In this document: positions 29,960 through 39,901 of the stretch, one piece after another
How the letters are laid out: every line of letters begins with the position of its first letter
Position numbering within the stretch: position 1 is the first letter of the stretch
Assembly: GCA_049646385.1 (NCBI GenBank)
Contig: JBARVS010000527.1
Span: 1 to 51,702 of the forward strand
Direction: 5' to 3'
DNA from: Phormidesmis sp.
Lineage (GTDB): Bacteria > Cyanobacteriota > Cyanobacteriia > Phormidesmidales > Phormidesmidaceae
Length of the DNA: 51,702 nucleotides
Notes under the pieces: model-generated
The model's database searches: none
What the model saw: only the letters and a program-made list of their open reading frames with translations
Told to the model about the DNA's origin: nothing
Translations under genes and position numbers: made by a program

Positions 29960-30637
29960 CTAGTAAGAGGGGCGAGGATTGCGGTCTTCTTTTAGAGGAA
30001 TTCTGCCGTCGCTGTTTACCTGCTGCTTGGCTCGGTTGGCGCTTTTTTTGAGCGCTTCAAGCCTGCGGATATAGCGATCGCGCTGCTTTTTCTTAGGCGT
30101 TTGCTCAATCAAAGTTTTCAGCGCACTGCCAAGGCTCTTATAGGCGTTGGGCAAGGTATAGCCAAAGCGAGTGGCAATAGAAATTGCCTTTTCATCGGCA
30201 GTAATTGCTTCTTGCAGCGTTTTTTGCCCGTTGTTTCGCTTGTATAGCCGCCAGCCAGAAACGCCGCACAGTCCCATAGCCAGCAGCAGCAGCAGGCCGT
30301 CTTGCACCCACAGCTCGCCGACCGCCCCACCCAAACCAATCGCTAGGGCGGCCATTTCCCAACCATCGCGCGGAATTGTGTCGCTTTGCACGCGAGCAAC
30401 CTCATGCCAAAACAGCAGGTTGCGCTGGTCAATCGCCAGCTGCTCCCATTTGGTAAGGTCGATTTGCACTTCTACCTGATCGCGGCCTAGCTCTTCGCAG
30501 GTAATTAGCGGTGGGCCTACGTCAGTGGCGGGCTCTACGGTGACCCAGCTTTGCAGCTCGGGAGGCAGCAAACTCCTTAGCCGACGCAGTTCACCAATGT
30601 CGGCTCGGGGTGAAGTGTAGCTGGCGTAAGAAGTCAT
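29960..30637 (-). CDS. DUF3318-like conserved cyanobacterial protein
   Basis: ELRRLRSLLPPELQSWV, QRNLLFWHEVAR, WEMAALAIGLGGAVGELWVQDG. Confidence 0.8.
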   Translation of the reverse strand: MTSYASYTSPRADIGELRRLRSLLPPELQSWVTVEPATDVGPPLITCEELGRDQVEVQIDLTKWEQLAIDQRNLLFWHEVARVQSDTIPRDGWEMAALAIGLGGAVGELWVQDGLLLLLAMGLCGVSGWRLYKRNNGQKTLQEAITADEKAISIATRFGYTLPNAYKSLGSALKTLIEQTPKKKQRDRYIRRLEALKKSANRAKQQVNSDGRIPLKEDRNPRPSY

Positions 30638-30794
30638 AGGTTTGTGAGTCCTAACGATAAAGGGAGTGTTTGCCGCTCGTCAAAGCCTTTTTAACAGTTT
30701 TTGCGGCGGCGATCTTTGGTAATGGTTATAACACGCTTGTGCAACGGGCGGCTTTGGTGTAAAACCGTCCTCTCTGATATATTCTTGCAGATTT

Positions 30795-31895
30795 TCACGT
30801 TTCCTTCAGCGTTAAAATTGCCTTGTCTAACAGGCGGCAGCCTTGCTCAACTGATTCTGTACGGCATAGCCGCTCGCGCAAATCGGCTGCGCCCGTAAAG
30901 TCTTTGGCGTACCAGGCCATGTGCTTGCGGGCCTGACGAATACCGCGATCGCCCTTATAGTCCCACAGCATAATCAGGTGCTCGCGGGCGCACTGTAGCC
31001 GCTCAATGGGGGTGGGCTGAGGGAGGCGATCGCCCGTTTTAAGAAAATGATCGATTTCGCCCACGAGGTAGGGATAGCCCAACGTACCACGCGAGCACAT
31101 CACACCATCTGCTTGAGTTTGCAGCAGGCAGCGCACGGCGGCTTCTACTGAAAAAATGTCGCCATTGGCAATCACTGGAATCGTTAGGGCTGCTTTAACT
31201 TTGCCAATCCAATCCCACTGAGCCGCACCGTTGTAGCCTTGGGCTCGGGTGCGCCCGTGCACGGTGAGCATCTGCGCGCCTGCGGCTTCTATCATCTGAG
31301 CAAATTCAACCGCGTTAATTGCCTCATCCGACCAGCCGATACGGGTTTTCACGGTAACAGGCACCTCTACAGCTTGGCAGACGGCTTCAACAATTTGTAC
31401 AGCGGTGGCTGGATCTCGTAGGAGGGAAGAACCGCCGCCATTTTTGGTGATTTTGTTCACCGGACAGCCCATGTTGATATCAATGGTGTCGGCCCCTTGA
31501 CCAGCGGCTTTGCGGGCGGCTTCGGCCATAAAGTCAGGGCGGCAGTCGAATAGCTGAATGCTGATAGGCCGCTCGCCAGGGTCAATATCCATCACCTCCG
31601 GTAGCTGACGCAAATGCTTTAGTTCGGCGGCGCTAACCATTTCGGTATACAGCATCGACTGGGGGGCATGGCGGCGAACGAGACGACGGAATACCTTGTC
31701 GGTAACGCCAGAGAGAGGTGACTGTAAAACGCGGCTGTTAACGGCGAGGCTGCCGATTTTGAGGGGAGATTGAAGGCGCGATCGCATAGCCGCTATCCGA
31801 TTAATCTGATCAACGGACATCTCTGCTGGGAGATCGTTTAGGCTCAAGGCCGATGGCTGGGCTAAAGAAGATGTCGTAAGCGTGTTAACAGACAT
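30795..31895 (-). CDS. dusB: tRNA-dihydrouridine synthase DusB
   Basis: QSPLSGVTD, YTEMV, IDINMGCPV, VHGRT, VIANGDI, ARKH. Start uncertain (31895 or downstream). Confidence 0.93.
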   Translation of the reverse strand: MSVNTLTTSSLAQPSALSLNDLPAEMSVDQINRIAAMRSRLQSPLKIGSLAVNSRVLQSPLSGVTDKVFRRLVRRHAPQSMLYTEMVSAAELKHLRQLPEVMDIDPGERPISIQLFDCRPDFMAEAARKAAGQGADTIDINMGCPVNKITKNGGGSSLLRDPATAVQIVEAVCQAVEVPVTVKTRIGWSDEAINAVEFAQMIEAAGAQMLTVHGRTRAQGYNGAAQWDWIGKVKAALTIPVIANGDIFSVEAAVRCLLQTQADGVMCSRGTLGYPYLVGEIDHFLKTGDRLPQPTPIERLQCAREHLIMLWDYKGDRGIRQARKHMAWYAKDFTGAADLRERLCRTESVEQGCRLLDKAILTLKET

Positions 31896-31946
31896 ACGTG
31901 AGCAGATTATGCGCTTAAAAGAAATTATGCTTAAGAGCATTATTCT

Positions 31947-33002
31947 ATGCCGGGAATGACAAGCTTGTTGACTGTAATAGGTGCGATAGAGGGGGCCAAT
32001 AGTGGATTTGAGAATGGATTTATCGGTGAAATAGCAGCTCTAACGGCAGCTTTCTTATGGGCTGCGGCAACGCTGATGTTCGGCCAGCTAGGACGACAGC
32101 TATCGCCCTTAGTGCTCAACCTCGTCAAAGGCTTATTTGCCGTTGTTTTTATTCTGCTGACGCTGGCTATGCGACAGGCCCTTTCAGGCGCGGTGGTCGG
32201 TTTTTCTCTGCCCTTGAGAGCAACCCTCTATTTAATCGTCAGCGGCGGCATCGGCATTGGGCTAGGCGATACCGCTTATTTTTCGGCTATCAATACTTTG
32301 GGCGCAAGGCGAGCACTGCTACTAGAAACCCTCGCGCCGCCGATGACAGCGCTCATGGCCTGGATGTTTTTATCAGAGCAGCTATCTATTATTTCTGTCA
32401 TAGGCATTTGCCTGACCTTAATAGGCATTGCCTGGGTAATTAGCGAGCGCGTTCTAGGTGTAGAGCATGTGAAGTGGGGCGTTGGGCTCAAAGTCGCACT
32501 GCTAGCTGTGTTTTGTCAGGCGACGGGCGCTGTGCTCTCCCGCGCGGCCTTGGTTGACGCAGCAGTAGATCCCTTGTGGAGTAGCTTGCTTAGGCTTGTG
32601 GCTGGATTGGCGTTTATGGGACTGCTGGCTACGGTTCAGCCTTATCGTCTAGGCGAATACTTACCGCTTGAGCGTCAGAGTGATGTCTTAAGCAGCACAA
32701 TGCCCCTCTCAAACATTGAGCTAGGTAGCTGGCAGGTTCGCTGGCAAAAAAGCCTGTCGGCGCTGAAGCGTCCCGCCTTACTCGGTGCCGTTGCCTTAGC
32801 CGCTTTTTTCGCAACTTATTTAGGCATTTGGCTCCAGCAAATTGCATTGAAACATACGGCAGCAGGCATTGCTCAGGCGCTGCTAGCGACCAGCCCACTG
32901 TTTGTATTGCCAATGGCAGCAGCACTGGGCGATCGCCCTAGTCTTAGATCTACACTTGGCGCTGCTATTGCACTCGTCGGCGTATGGATTTTGCTCGCTT
33001 AA
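31947..33002 (+). CDS. DMT/EamA family transporter
   Basis: About 10 TMs in two repeats; SGGIGIGLGDTAYF, TYLGIWLQQ, ATSPLFVLP. Confidence 0.88.
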   Translation: MPGMTSLLTVIGAIEGANSGFENGFIGEIAALTAAFLWAAATLMFGQLGRQLSPLVLNLVKGLFAVVFILLTLAMRQALSGAVVGFSLPLRATLYLIVSGGIGIGLGDTAYFSAINTLGARRALLLETLAPPMTALMAWMFLSEQLSIISVIGICLTLIGIAWVISERVLGVEHVKWGVGLKVALLAVFCQATGAVLSRAALVDAAVDPLWSSLLRLVAGLAFMGLLATVQPYRLGEYLPLERQSDVLSSTMPLSNIELGSWQVRWQKSLSALKRPALLGAVALAAFFATYLGIWLQQIALKHTAAGIAQALLATSPLFVLPMAAALGDRPSLRSTLGAAIALVGVWILLA

Positions 33003-33031
33003 TTAGCGCTTAATTAGCGTCCAAACAACAT

Positions 33032-33274
33032 CTAAGCAACTCTAGTCCGCGAAGGGGCTTTTCGACGCCTTCGCACGGGTAAAGCTTCTCCGACGGGAAA
33101 CCGTTTGAGCGAATCTTCTTCTACTTTTAATTGGCTTGTCGATTCTGCCTGAGCAGGCAGCGGCGTCACCGACAAAGCGTTAGTGGGGTATCTCACTAAC
33201 CATCGGCCCGTAGCCGGATCTCGGTACGTCTCGAAGGGGTTAGGCGTAAGCGGTCTGCTACAGGGCTGAGGCAC
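33032..33274 (-). CDS. small hypothetical protein
   Basis: 80-aa ORF with a compact NPFETYRDPATGRWLV motif and a basic tail; AT-rich upstream region. Confidence 0.55.
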   Translation of the reverse strand: MPQPCSRPLTPNPFETYRDPATGRWLVRYPTNALSVTPLPAQAESTSQLKVEEDSLKRFPVGEALPVRRRRKAPSRTRVA

Positions 33275-33538
33275 GGTGTTTTTTTAGTTCCTCTAAGGTT
33301 CTTCTTTAGTAGATGCACCTGACGAAACTCAAAATATGGACAGACCATTTGTTTGAATTGATATAAATATTACATGAAGTTACTCTAATGATTGTGTAAA
33401 GTTACGGACAAACTCATACAAATCACTGACAAATAGAACTTGGTTATTTACGTAAGGCACTGACATTGCTGCGAAAGAAGCCACTGAAGTGACAAGATGA
33501 ACTGTCCGTAAGGCCGTACTTCTGCATCATTTAGCCGC

Positions 33539-34795
33539 TCAGTTCTTCAGCAAAAGGTAATAAAGCGAGCCGGTATCATTAATCAACCCGGCAATTTCTC
33601 CAGCTTCAGTCCCGGTTCCGACAAAAAGGTCTACTCGGCCAGCACCTTTGATGGCCCCACCCGTGTCTTGGTCTAAAACAAATCGGCTAGCTGGCGTCTC
33701 AACCAGATCGCCACTGGCATCTCGCTGGGGCAGCGGCAGGCTAATTAGCGCTAAAGCACCCGGTGGCATGAGTGATTTATCAGTGGCAATAGAGCGACCT
33801 GCTGTGACCGGAAAGCCTAAGCTGCCCGTAGCCGCTGCCCCGTCCGTTTCCCTAAAAAACACAAAGCGGTTGTTGCGAGGAACGTATCTATCCAAGGCGG
33901 CTGGGTTTTGAGCGAAGTATTCCATCAGCACAGGAAGCGTTAGCTGATCGGCTGGAATGATGCCATCGTCAATGAGCGCGCGGCCCAGGCTGGTATAGGA
34001 ATAGTTGGTGCGGCCATCGTAGCCCACTGATAAGGTGCTGCCATCGGTCATTTGCAGCCGAGCCGAACCTTGCACCTGGCTTAAGAAAGCCTCTAGGCGA
34101 CTGGGTAGCCAAGCTAGCTCTAGCCCTGCAATCGGCCCTTTGTTGGCTTGCAGGCCGTCTGCGCCTTCTAGCTCAAGGCGGGTAGGGTGAGGCTCCGGCC
34201 ACTGGGCTAAGTTAGGTGGGCTTTTGTAAATGGGGTAGCGGTAGGTTTCGTCTGGCCTATGACTAGCTTTGTAGGTGGGCTCAAAGTAGCCGGTGAAAGC
34301 AACGGTGCCCTGTCTGTCTTGCCCGTTTGCTTGGTAGAGGTCAAATTCTGCGGCGACGGCCTGCTGTAGTGCTTCAGCCGATTGGCTTTGAACGAGCAGG
34401 GTGCGAAATCGGCTGAGGCTGCGCTGCACTCTGTTGTGCGTGACGGCGGGAACGGTGTAGCTTTGGTAAGCGGTGAATGAGCTTGGGGTTGCTAGGTAGG
34501 CGAGGCTGTTGTCAATGGCGGCGAGTAGGGCCGAGCGATCGCCCTCCGTCAGCAAGGTATCAAAAAGCCGCGTATCTTGACCAATGCGCGCGGCCCGCTG
34601 TTGACCCTCTGGGCAGTTCAGCCGAGTGAGGGGCGGCTGGGCAGCTGGCGTATTTTCTGCATGGCTGATGCTAGCGGGCAGAATAAGGGGAGTGATGAGG
34701 GCGATCGCTACGCCCAGCGCAAAGAGCTTTGCTAAGCGCTTAAAAGCTAGCTTTTGGCAAAAAATACGGACACAAAGGCCAAAAAGGGTTCGCAA
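33539..34795 (-). CDS. mltA: membrane-bound lytic murein transglycosylase A
   Basis: FTGYFEP, QVQGS, NNRFVFFR, SIATD, 3D domain DQDTGGAIKGAGRVDLF. Confidence 0.93.
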   Translation of the reverse strand: MRTLFGLCVRIFCQKLAFKRLAKLFALGVAIALITPLILPASISHAENTPAAQPPLTRLNCPEGQQRAARIGQDTRLFDTLLTEGDRSALLAAIDNSLAYLATPSSFTAYQSYTVPAVTHNRVQRSLSRFRTLLVQSQSAEALQQAVAAEFDLYQANGQDRQGTVAFTGYFEPTYKASHRPDETYRYPIYKSPPNLAQWPEPHPTRLELEGADGLQANKGPIAGLELAWLPSRLEAFLSQVQGSARLQMTDGSTLSVGYDGRTNYSYTSLGRALIDDGIIPADQLTLPVLMEYFAQNPAALDRYVPRNNRFVFFRETDGAAATGSLGFPVTAGRSIATDKSLMPPGALALISLPLPQRDASGDLVETPASRFVLDQDTGGAIKGAGRVDLFVGTGTEAGEIAGLINDTGSLYYLLLKN

Positions 34796-34958
34796 GGGAA
34801 ATATCCAAAGCTACCTTATCGAGTTTATAAGGGGGGCGATCGCACCAACTGTCACAAAGGTGCAGATCATAGGCTGTCACAACGAATGTGCTACCTAAAA
34901 AATCAGTGACGATTAACTTACCCGGTCAGCCTGCTCTTTGGCAACGTATGAGTCAACG

Positions 34959-35213
34959 CTAGTACCGTTCGACGCTGGAGTTAAAGATGGGCTCGACCCG
35001 CAGGCAAGCAACGCGAGCAGGGCGAATAACCATGTATTCACCGGGGTTGACCTTGGGAATCGGCACGTTAATAAATTCTTCGGAGGTTGCCTTGGGCATG
35101 AGCTTTTCGCTATACCACTTTTGAAAGTCTTGAATGGTGGTGAAGCGGACTTCTTCTTTATGTCCGCCGTCGAAAGCGATATGAACGATGTATTCGCTGG
35201 GAGTTCTTGGCAT
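34959..35213 (-). CDS. small conserved hypothetical protein (84 aa)
   Basis: MPRTPSEYIVHIAFDGGHKEEVRFTTIQDFQKWY...GEYMVIRP...RVEPIFNSSVERY; globular, protein-like composition. Confidence 0.75.
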   Translation of the reverse strand: MPRTPSEYIVHIAFDGGHKEEVRFTTIQDFQKWYSEKLMPKATSEEFINVPIPKVNPGEYMVIRPARVACLRVEPIFNSSVERY

Positions 35214-35367
35214 TTTAAAGGGTGGGTCTTTGAATAACCACAACAGATGACCAAGCTTAGTATGGGTTGATGAATGCCAAAACTCTCATTTCGCCTCAAT
35301 ATTTATGCAACTTCGTCGGGATCGTTAGGATGGGGTTAAATGGTTTGAGGAATGGTTTGATGCGTGC

Positions 35368-35826
35368 CTAACTCTCGCCAGATAGCCGTTTCAAGTAGCG
35401 CTCGATTAATAGAATAGCGACGATATCGTCAATGGGGCGAGGAATGCTGCGCAGGCTTTGGGGCATGAGCTTGCCGATACCTTTGGGGGGATACATTTGC
35501 CAGTAGCGATCGCGCGCCTCCAGCGAACTGTACCGTTCATCCACCAAAATCACTCTGGGCGCGTTGGGCAACTCCTCTAGCCTTTGCCGCCACTGCTTAG
35601 AGCCCGTTTGATCGCCCATCACAATATTAGAAACCGGGTAGGTCTCTCGCAGCGTTTGAATCGTATCGGTCACTTCGCTCACCAGCACGACCTGATGATA
35701 GTGCAGCGAGCGATCTAGGCCCACAACGGCTAAGCCACATTTTGCACTGCCGGGGTCAATGCCCAATAGCGTAGGCCCCAAAAGCGTTTTAAGAGAAGGT
35801 GGCTGAGAAAAGTCGGAAGAAGACAC
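35368..35826 (-). CDS. yqgF: YqgF/RuvX family RNase H-fold nuclease (pre-16S rRNA processing)
   Basis: LLGIDPGSAKCGLA, LVDERYSSLEAR, IDDIVAILLIERYL. Confidence 0.85.
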   Translation of the reverse strand: MSSSDFSQPPSLKTLLGPTLLGIDPGSAKCGLAVVGLDRSLHYHQVVLVSEVTDTIQTLRETYPVSNIVMGDQTGSKQWRQRLEELPNAPRVILVDERYSSLEARDRYWQMYPPKGIGKLMPQSLRSIPRPIDDIVAILLIERYLKRLSGES

Positions 35827-35990
35827 GCAAAAATAAGCTTACGTAGGTGAGTAAAAAAGCGATTGCAAAAAGCGACCCCTTCACAGTAGCGCGAAACAAT
35901 ATTTGAGACTTTTTCTGTAAAAGGGTGATCTTTGCGCCATTCTTTGTTAAGAATACGACTTACGAATGGCATTTTTGTTATTTTGAAATA

Positions 35991-36004
35991 AGTACAACTG
36001 TACG
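35991..36004 (+). promoter_or_regulatory. putative LexA (cyanobacterial SOS) box upstream of smc
   Basis: AGTACAACTGTACG matches RGTACNNNDGTWCB. It lies just downstream of a possible extended -10 element (TGtTATTTT, 35976-84) and 22 bp before the smc start. Confidence 0.55.
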
Positions 36005-36026
36005 CACCGCCCAGTGCGACGCCTGA

Positions 36027-39000
36027 GTGCACGTAAAAAGAGTCGAACTTTCAAATTTTAAGTCGTTTGGTGGAGCCACCGATGTCCCTTTATTAGAAGG
36101 GTTTACGGTCATCTCTGGGCCAAACGGCTCTGGCAAGTCGAATATTCTCGACTCGCTACTCTTTTGCTTGGGGCTCGCTAGCTCACGCGGAATGCGAGCC
36201 GAGCGGCTGCCTGATCTAGTCAATCAAAGTCAGGCCAAGCGCCGCTCTACAGTTGAAACGACGGTCACAGCGACCTTTGACATCAGCGACGTAGCGGATA
36301 TGCTGATCACCGAGGAGGCCGAAGAGCGCTCTAAAAGTGATGATTTTGACGAATTTAAAGATGATTTAGAAACCGAATCTCAAGCAGCGTCACAGGAAAA
36401 TTCAGACGATTTTGAAGTTTTGGCCAGTCGCAATGGTCAAAATGGCGCTCATCAAAACGGAAATGGCGCAGCGCCTTCAGCAGAAATTGCAAAAACTACG
36501 CTGCATGAATGGAAGGTCACCCGACGGCTGAGGGTAACCGCTCAAGGCACCTACACTTCTAATTACTACATCAATGACGAGCCCTGTACGCTCAATCAGC
36601 TTCACGAGCAGCTTCAGCGCTTTCGCATTTACCCAGAAGGCTACAATGTGGTGCTTCAGGGCGATGTCACCAGCATTATTTCAATGAACGCGCGCGAGCG
36701 GCGGGTGATTATTGACGAGCTAGCTGGGGTGGCTTCTTTTGATCGCAAGATCAATCAGGCTAAGTCTAAGCTAGATGTGGTGAAGGATCGAGAAGAACGC
36801 TTTCGGATTGTTGAAAATGAGCTGATTGCCCAGCTAGAGCGGCTAGATCAAGATCGCAAGAAGGCAGAGAAATATCAGCAGATTAAGGCCACCCTGCAAG
36901 AAAAGCAGAAGTGGGAAGGGGTGATGCAGTGGCAGCAGCAGACGCAGCAGGCCGAAAAGCTGACCAGCGAAATTGCCAAAGGCCATACCGACGGTGAGGC
37001 GATCGCCCAAAAAATCGCAGCGCTAACGGCGCAAATGGAAAAGACCGCCGAAGAGCTGGCCCTGCTGAACGCTCAGGTAAAGGCACTAGGCGAAGAAGAA
37101 TATCTGGCGCTGCAGGCCAAGCTCGCGACCCAAGAGGCCGAGCTGCGGCAGTTGGTGCGTCAAGCAGAAGATCTCAAAGCCTCTACTCGGGGCATTGCCG
37201 CGCAGCTAGGCGGGATTCAGTCGGGCATTCAAATTCAAGAGGGTGAGCTAGGGGCGATCGCCCAGCACTTAAAAATGCTCACTGAGGAAGACATTGCGCA
37301 GATTACGGCTGAGCGAAATGGGGCGATCGCCCGACTCGAAGCCAAGCGAGAAGAGACCCATGCGATCGCCTCCCAGTCTCAAGCCTGGGTACAAGCGCAA
37401 ACCAACTTACGCAAACAGGTAGAAGCCCTGCTCAGCCAGCTAGAACCCCAGCGATCTGAGCGGGTGCGGCTGCAAGAGCGCATCAGTCGGCTAGAAACGC
37501 AGATGGTGAGTCAGCGGCAGGCGCTGGCAGATCTAGAGCGAGAGCGGGGGAATGAAGGCGCGAAAGACAGGCGCGAAGGCGCGGTTGTTAAGCCACTACT
37601 TGAAACAGCGGCTGGACAGGAAAAAATTCAGGCGCTGGCGCAGTCGGTTGCCGATGTAGAGGCCGAGCTGAAAACGCAGACGCAAACCCTGAACCGACTG
37701 CTACAAGAGCAGCGAGAAAAGCAGCGTGAGCTAGACAGGCTAGAGGCGCAGGAGCAAGCCACCAAGGAGTCTCAAGGAACGCAGGCGACCGAAACCCTAA
37801 AGCGCAGTGGGCTCGAAGGGCTCTGCGGCATCGTGGCCGAGCTAGGGCAGGCCGACAAAAGGTTTCAGCTAGCGCTAGAGATCGCGGCGGGCGGGCGGAT
37901 GGGCTTTATGGTCGTAGAAGACGACCGGGTGGCCTCACGCGGCATCGATTTGCTCAAGCAAAGGCGAGCGGGGCGGGCGACCTTTTTACCGCTTAATAAA
38001 ATTCGGGTGCCTAACTTTAGGCCCGCTGATAAATGGAATCGGCCCGATGGATTTATTGACTATGCGGTGAATTTGATTGAGTGCGATGCCAAGTATGCCG
38101 ACGTGTTTGCCTTTGTGTTTGGCAGCACGGTGGTGTTTGAGTCGCTAGCTGAGGCAAGGCGCAATATGGGCCAGTACCGCATGGTGACGCTAGAAGGCGA
38201 AATTTTAGAGTCTAGCGGGGCGATGACGGGCGGCAGCTTGCGCGATCGCGGACGGCTACACTTTGGCACGGTGGCAGCAGGCGAGTCACAAGAGGCAAAA
38301 GAACTGCGCGATCGCCTTGCTGAAATTGCCACCATCCTCAGCCGCTGTGAGCAAAAGGTCAATCAGCTCACGATCCAAGCCAAAGAAAAAGCTCAGGCTT
38401 TGATTGAATCCCGTCAGCACTATCGAGAAGAAGAAATCAAAGCTAATCAGGCCGCAGCTCAGCAGCAGGCTTTAGACCAGCGGCTCAAGCAGGCTCAAGC
38501 GCAGCTATGCCAAGCCGATCAAGAATATGCCGAGGCCAAAACTCGCTTAAATGAGCTAGAGCAAGCGCTACCTGAGCAAGAGCAAGCCCTCACTCAAAAA
38601 CGTCAGGCGCTAGACGACTTAGAAAAATCTCAAACTCACAGCGAGTGGCAGCAGGCTCAAAGCCTCGTACGCACTTTAGAAGCGCAGCTGGGCGAACAGC
38701 AATCGCAACTGCAAGCTGCTGAAAAACGGCAGCAGGATTTAGCCGCTCAGCAGCAGCGCCTGCAGGAAAAAGTACAGCGAGACATTGAGCAAATTGAAGC
38801 GCTCAGGCAGCAGCAGCAGCAGCAGATCAACCAGCAGTCGGAAATTGCCCAGCAGCAGCAGGGACTGCAGGAAATGATTGCGCAGACTAAGGGAGCGATC
38901 GCCCTACTCGACGACAAGCTAAAACAGGAAAAAAACGCCCGCGACACCCTTGAGCGCCAGTACAAAACCGAGCAAAACCAACAGCAGCAAAACCAATGGC

Positions 39001-39776
39001 AGCTCGAAAAGCTCAAAGAAACGCAAACCCTTCGTCAGCAGCAGCTTCACGATCTGCACGAATCAATCCAACGGCAGCTTACAGAACTGCCCGACCCGCT
39101 GCCCGAAATCCCTGAAGACCTCACCTTAGAAGAGCTTCACAAGTCACTCAAAAACCTAGAGCGCAGGCTCGAAGCGCTAGAGCCCGTCAACATGCTCGCC
39201 CTAGAAGAATACGAACGCACCCTAGAGCGGCTAGAAGAACTCACCCTCAAGCTCACCACCCTCGAAGAAGAGCGCACCGAACTGCTGCTGCGCATCGAAA
39301 ACTTCACCACCCTGCGCAAAGAAGCCTTTAAAGAAGCCTTCGACGCCGTAAACGAAAACTTTCAAACCATTTTTGCCGAACTCTCCGACGGCGACGGCCA
39401 CCTCCAGCTCGACGACGCTAACGATCCGTTTGCAGGCGGCCTTACCTTAGTCGCTCACCCCAAAGGCAAACAGGTACGCCGCCTAGCCTCTATGTCGGGC
39501 GGCGAAAAATCTCTCACCGCCCTCAGCTTCATCTTCGCGCTGCAACGCTATCGCCCCTCCCCCTTTTACGCCTTCGACGAAGTAGACATGTTCCTCGACG
39601 GTGCCAACGTAGAGCGCCTTTCAAAGATGATTCAGCAGCAGGCTCGTCAGGCTCAGTTCATTGTCGTCAGCCTGCGTCGCCCTATGATTGAGGCCGCAGA
39701 GCGAACCATCGGCGTCACGCAGGCAAGAGGAGCCTACACGCAGGTGCTAGGAATTAACTTGGCAAAGGCGACTTAG
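36027..39776 (+). CDS. smc: chromosome segregation protein SMC
   Basis: FKSFG, Walker A GPNGSGKSN, hinge GRATFLPL, MSGGEKS, FDEVD; long coiled coils. Confidence 0.97.
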   Translation: MHVKRVELSNFKSFGGATDVPLLEGFTVISGPNGSGKSNILDSLLFCLGLASSRGMRAERLPDLVNQSQAKRRSTVETTVTATFDISDVADMLITEEAEERSKSDDFDEFKDDLETESQAASQENSDDFEVLASRNGQNGAHQNGNGAAPSAEIAKTTLHEWKVTRRLRVTAQGTYTSNYYINDEPCTLNQLHEQLQRFRIYPEGYNVVLQGDVTSIISMNARERRVIIDELAGVASFDRKINQAKSKLDVVKDREERFRIVENELIAQLERLDQDRKKAEKYQQIKATLQEKQKWEGVMQWQQQTQQAEKLTSEIAKGHTDGEAIAQKIAALTAQMEKTAEELALLNAQVKALGEEEYLALQAKLATQEAELRQLVRQAEDLKASTRGIAAQLGGIQSGIQIQEGELGAIAQHLKMLTEEDIAQITAERNGAIARLEAKREETHAIASQSQAWVQAQTNLRKQVEALLSQLEPQRSERVRLQERISRLETQMVSQRQALADLERERGNEGAKDRREGAVVKPLLETAAGQEKIQALAQSVADVEAELKTQTQTLNRLLQEQREKQRELDRLEAQEQATKESQGTQATETLKRSGLEGLCGIVAELGQADKRFQLALEIAAGGRMGFMVVEDDRVASRGIDLLKQRRAGRATFLPLNKIRVPNFRPADKWNRPDGFIDYAVNLIECDAKYADVFAFVFGSTVVFESLAEARRNMGQYRMVTLEGEILESSGAMTGGSLRDRGRLHFGTVAAGESQEAKELRDRLAEIATILSRCEQKVNQLTIQAKEKAQALIESRQHYREEEIKANQAAAQQQALDQRLKQAQAQLCQADQEYAEAKTRLNELEQALPEQEQALTQKRQALDDLEKSQTHSEWQQAQSLVRTLEAQLGEQQSQLQAAEKRQQDLAAQQQRLQEKVQRDIEQIEALRQQQQQQINQQSEIAQQQQGLQEMIAQTKGAIALLDDKLKQEKNARDTLERQYKTEQNQQQQNQWQLEKLKETQTLRQQQLHDLHESIQRQLTELPDPLPEIPEDLTLEELHKSLKNLERRLEALEPVNMLALEEYERTLERLEELTLKLTTLEEERTELLLRIENFTTLRKEAFKEAFDAVNENFQTIFAELSDGDGHLQLDDANDPFAGGLTLVAHPKGKQVRRLASMSGGEKSLTALSFIFALQRYRPSPFYAFDEVDMFLDGANVERLSKMIQQQARQAQFIVVSLRRPMIEAAERTIGVTQARGAYTQVLGINLAKAT

Positions 39777-39901
39777 CAATATTACCCGGTTCGGCATTCC
39801 CCCTCAGGCAAAGGGAAGCCAGTTCGGTACAATAGGCAACTAATGAGGTATAGTCCCTCAAGGTTTGCATGATGCCGTTTCGAGGCAATTTTTGAACAGC
39901 C

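Noticed and set aside
33300..33540. NtcA sites in AT-rich spacers (also checked about 5180, 28390 and 40887)
   Set aside because: The GTA...TAC pairs have the wrong spacing (N4-N6 rather than N8).
34913..35299. Alternative ORFs 34913-35299(-) and 34938-35237(+)
   Set aside because: They overlap the more protein-like 34959-35213 ORF and have no recognisable motifs.
36290..36500. Possible intein in the SMC N-terminal head (acidic ~65-aa insert)
   Set aside because: No Cys/Ser start or His-Asn end and too short. It is a low-complexity loop, which I recall being variable in cyanobacterial SMC.
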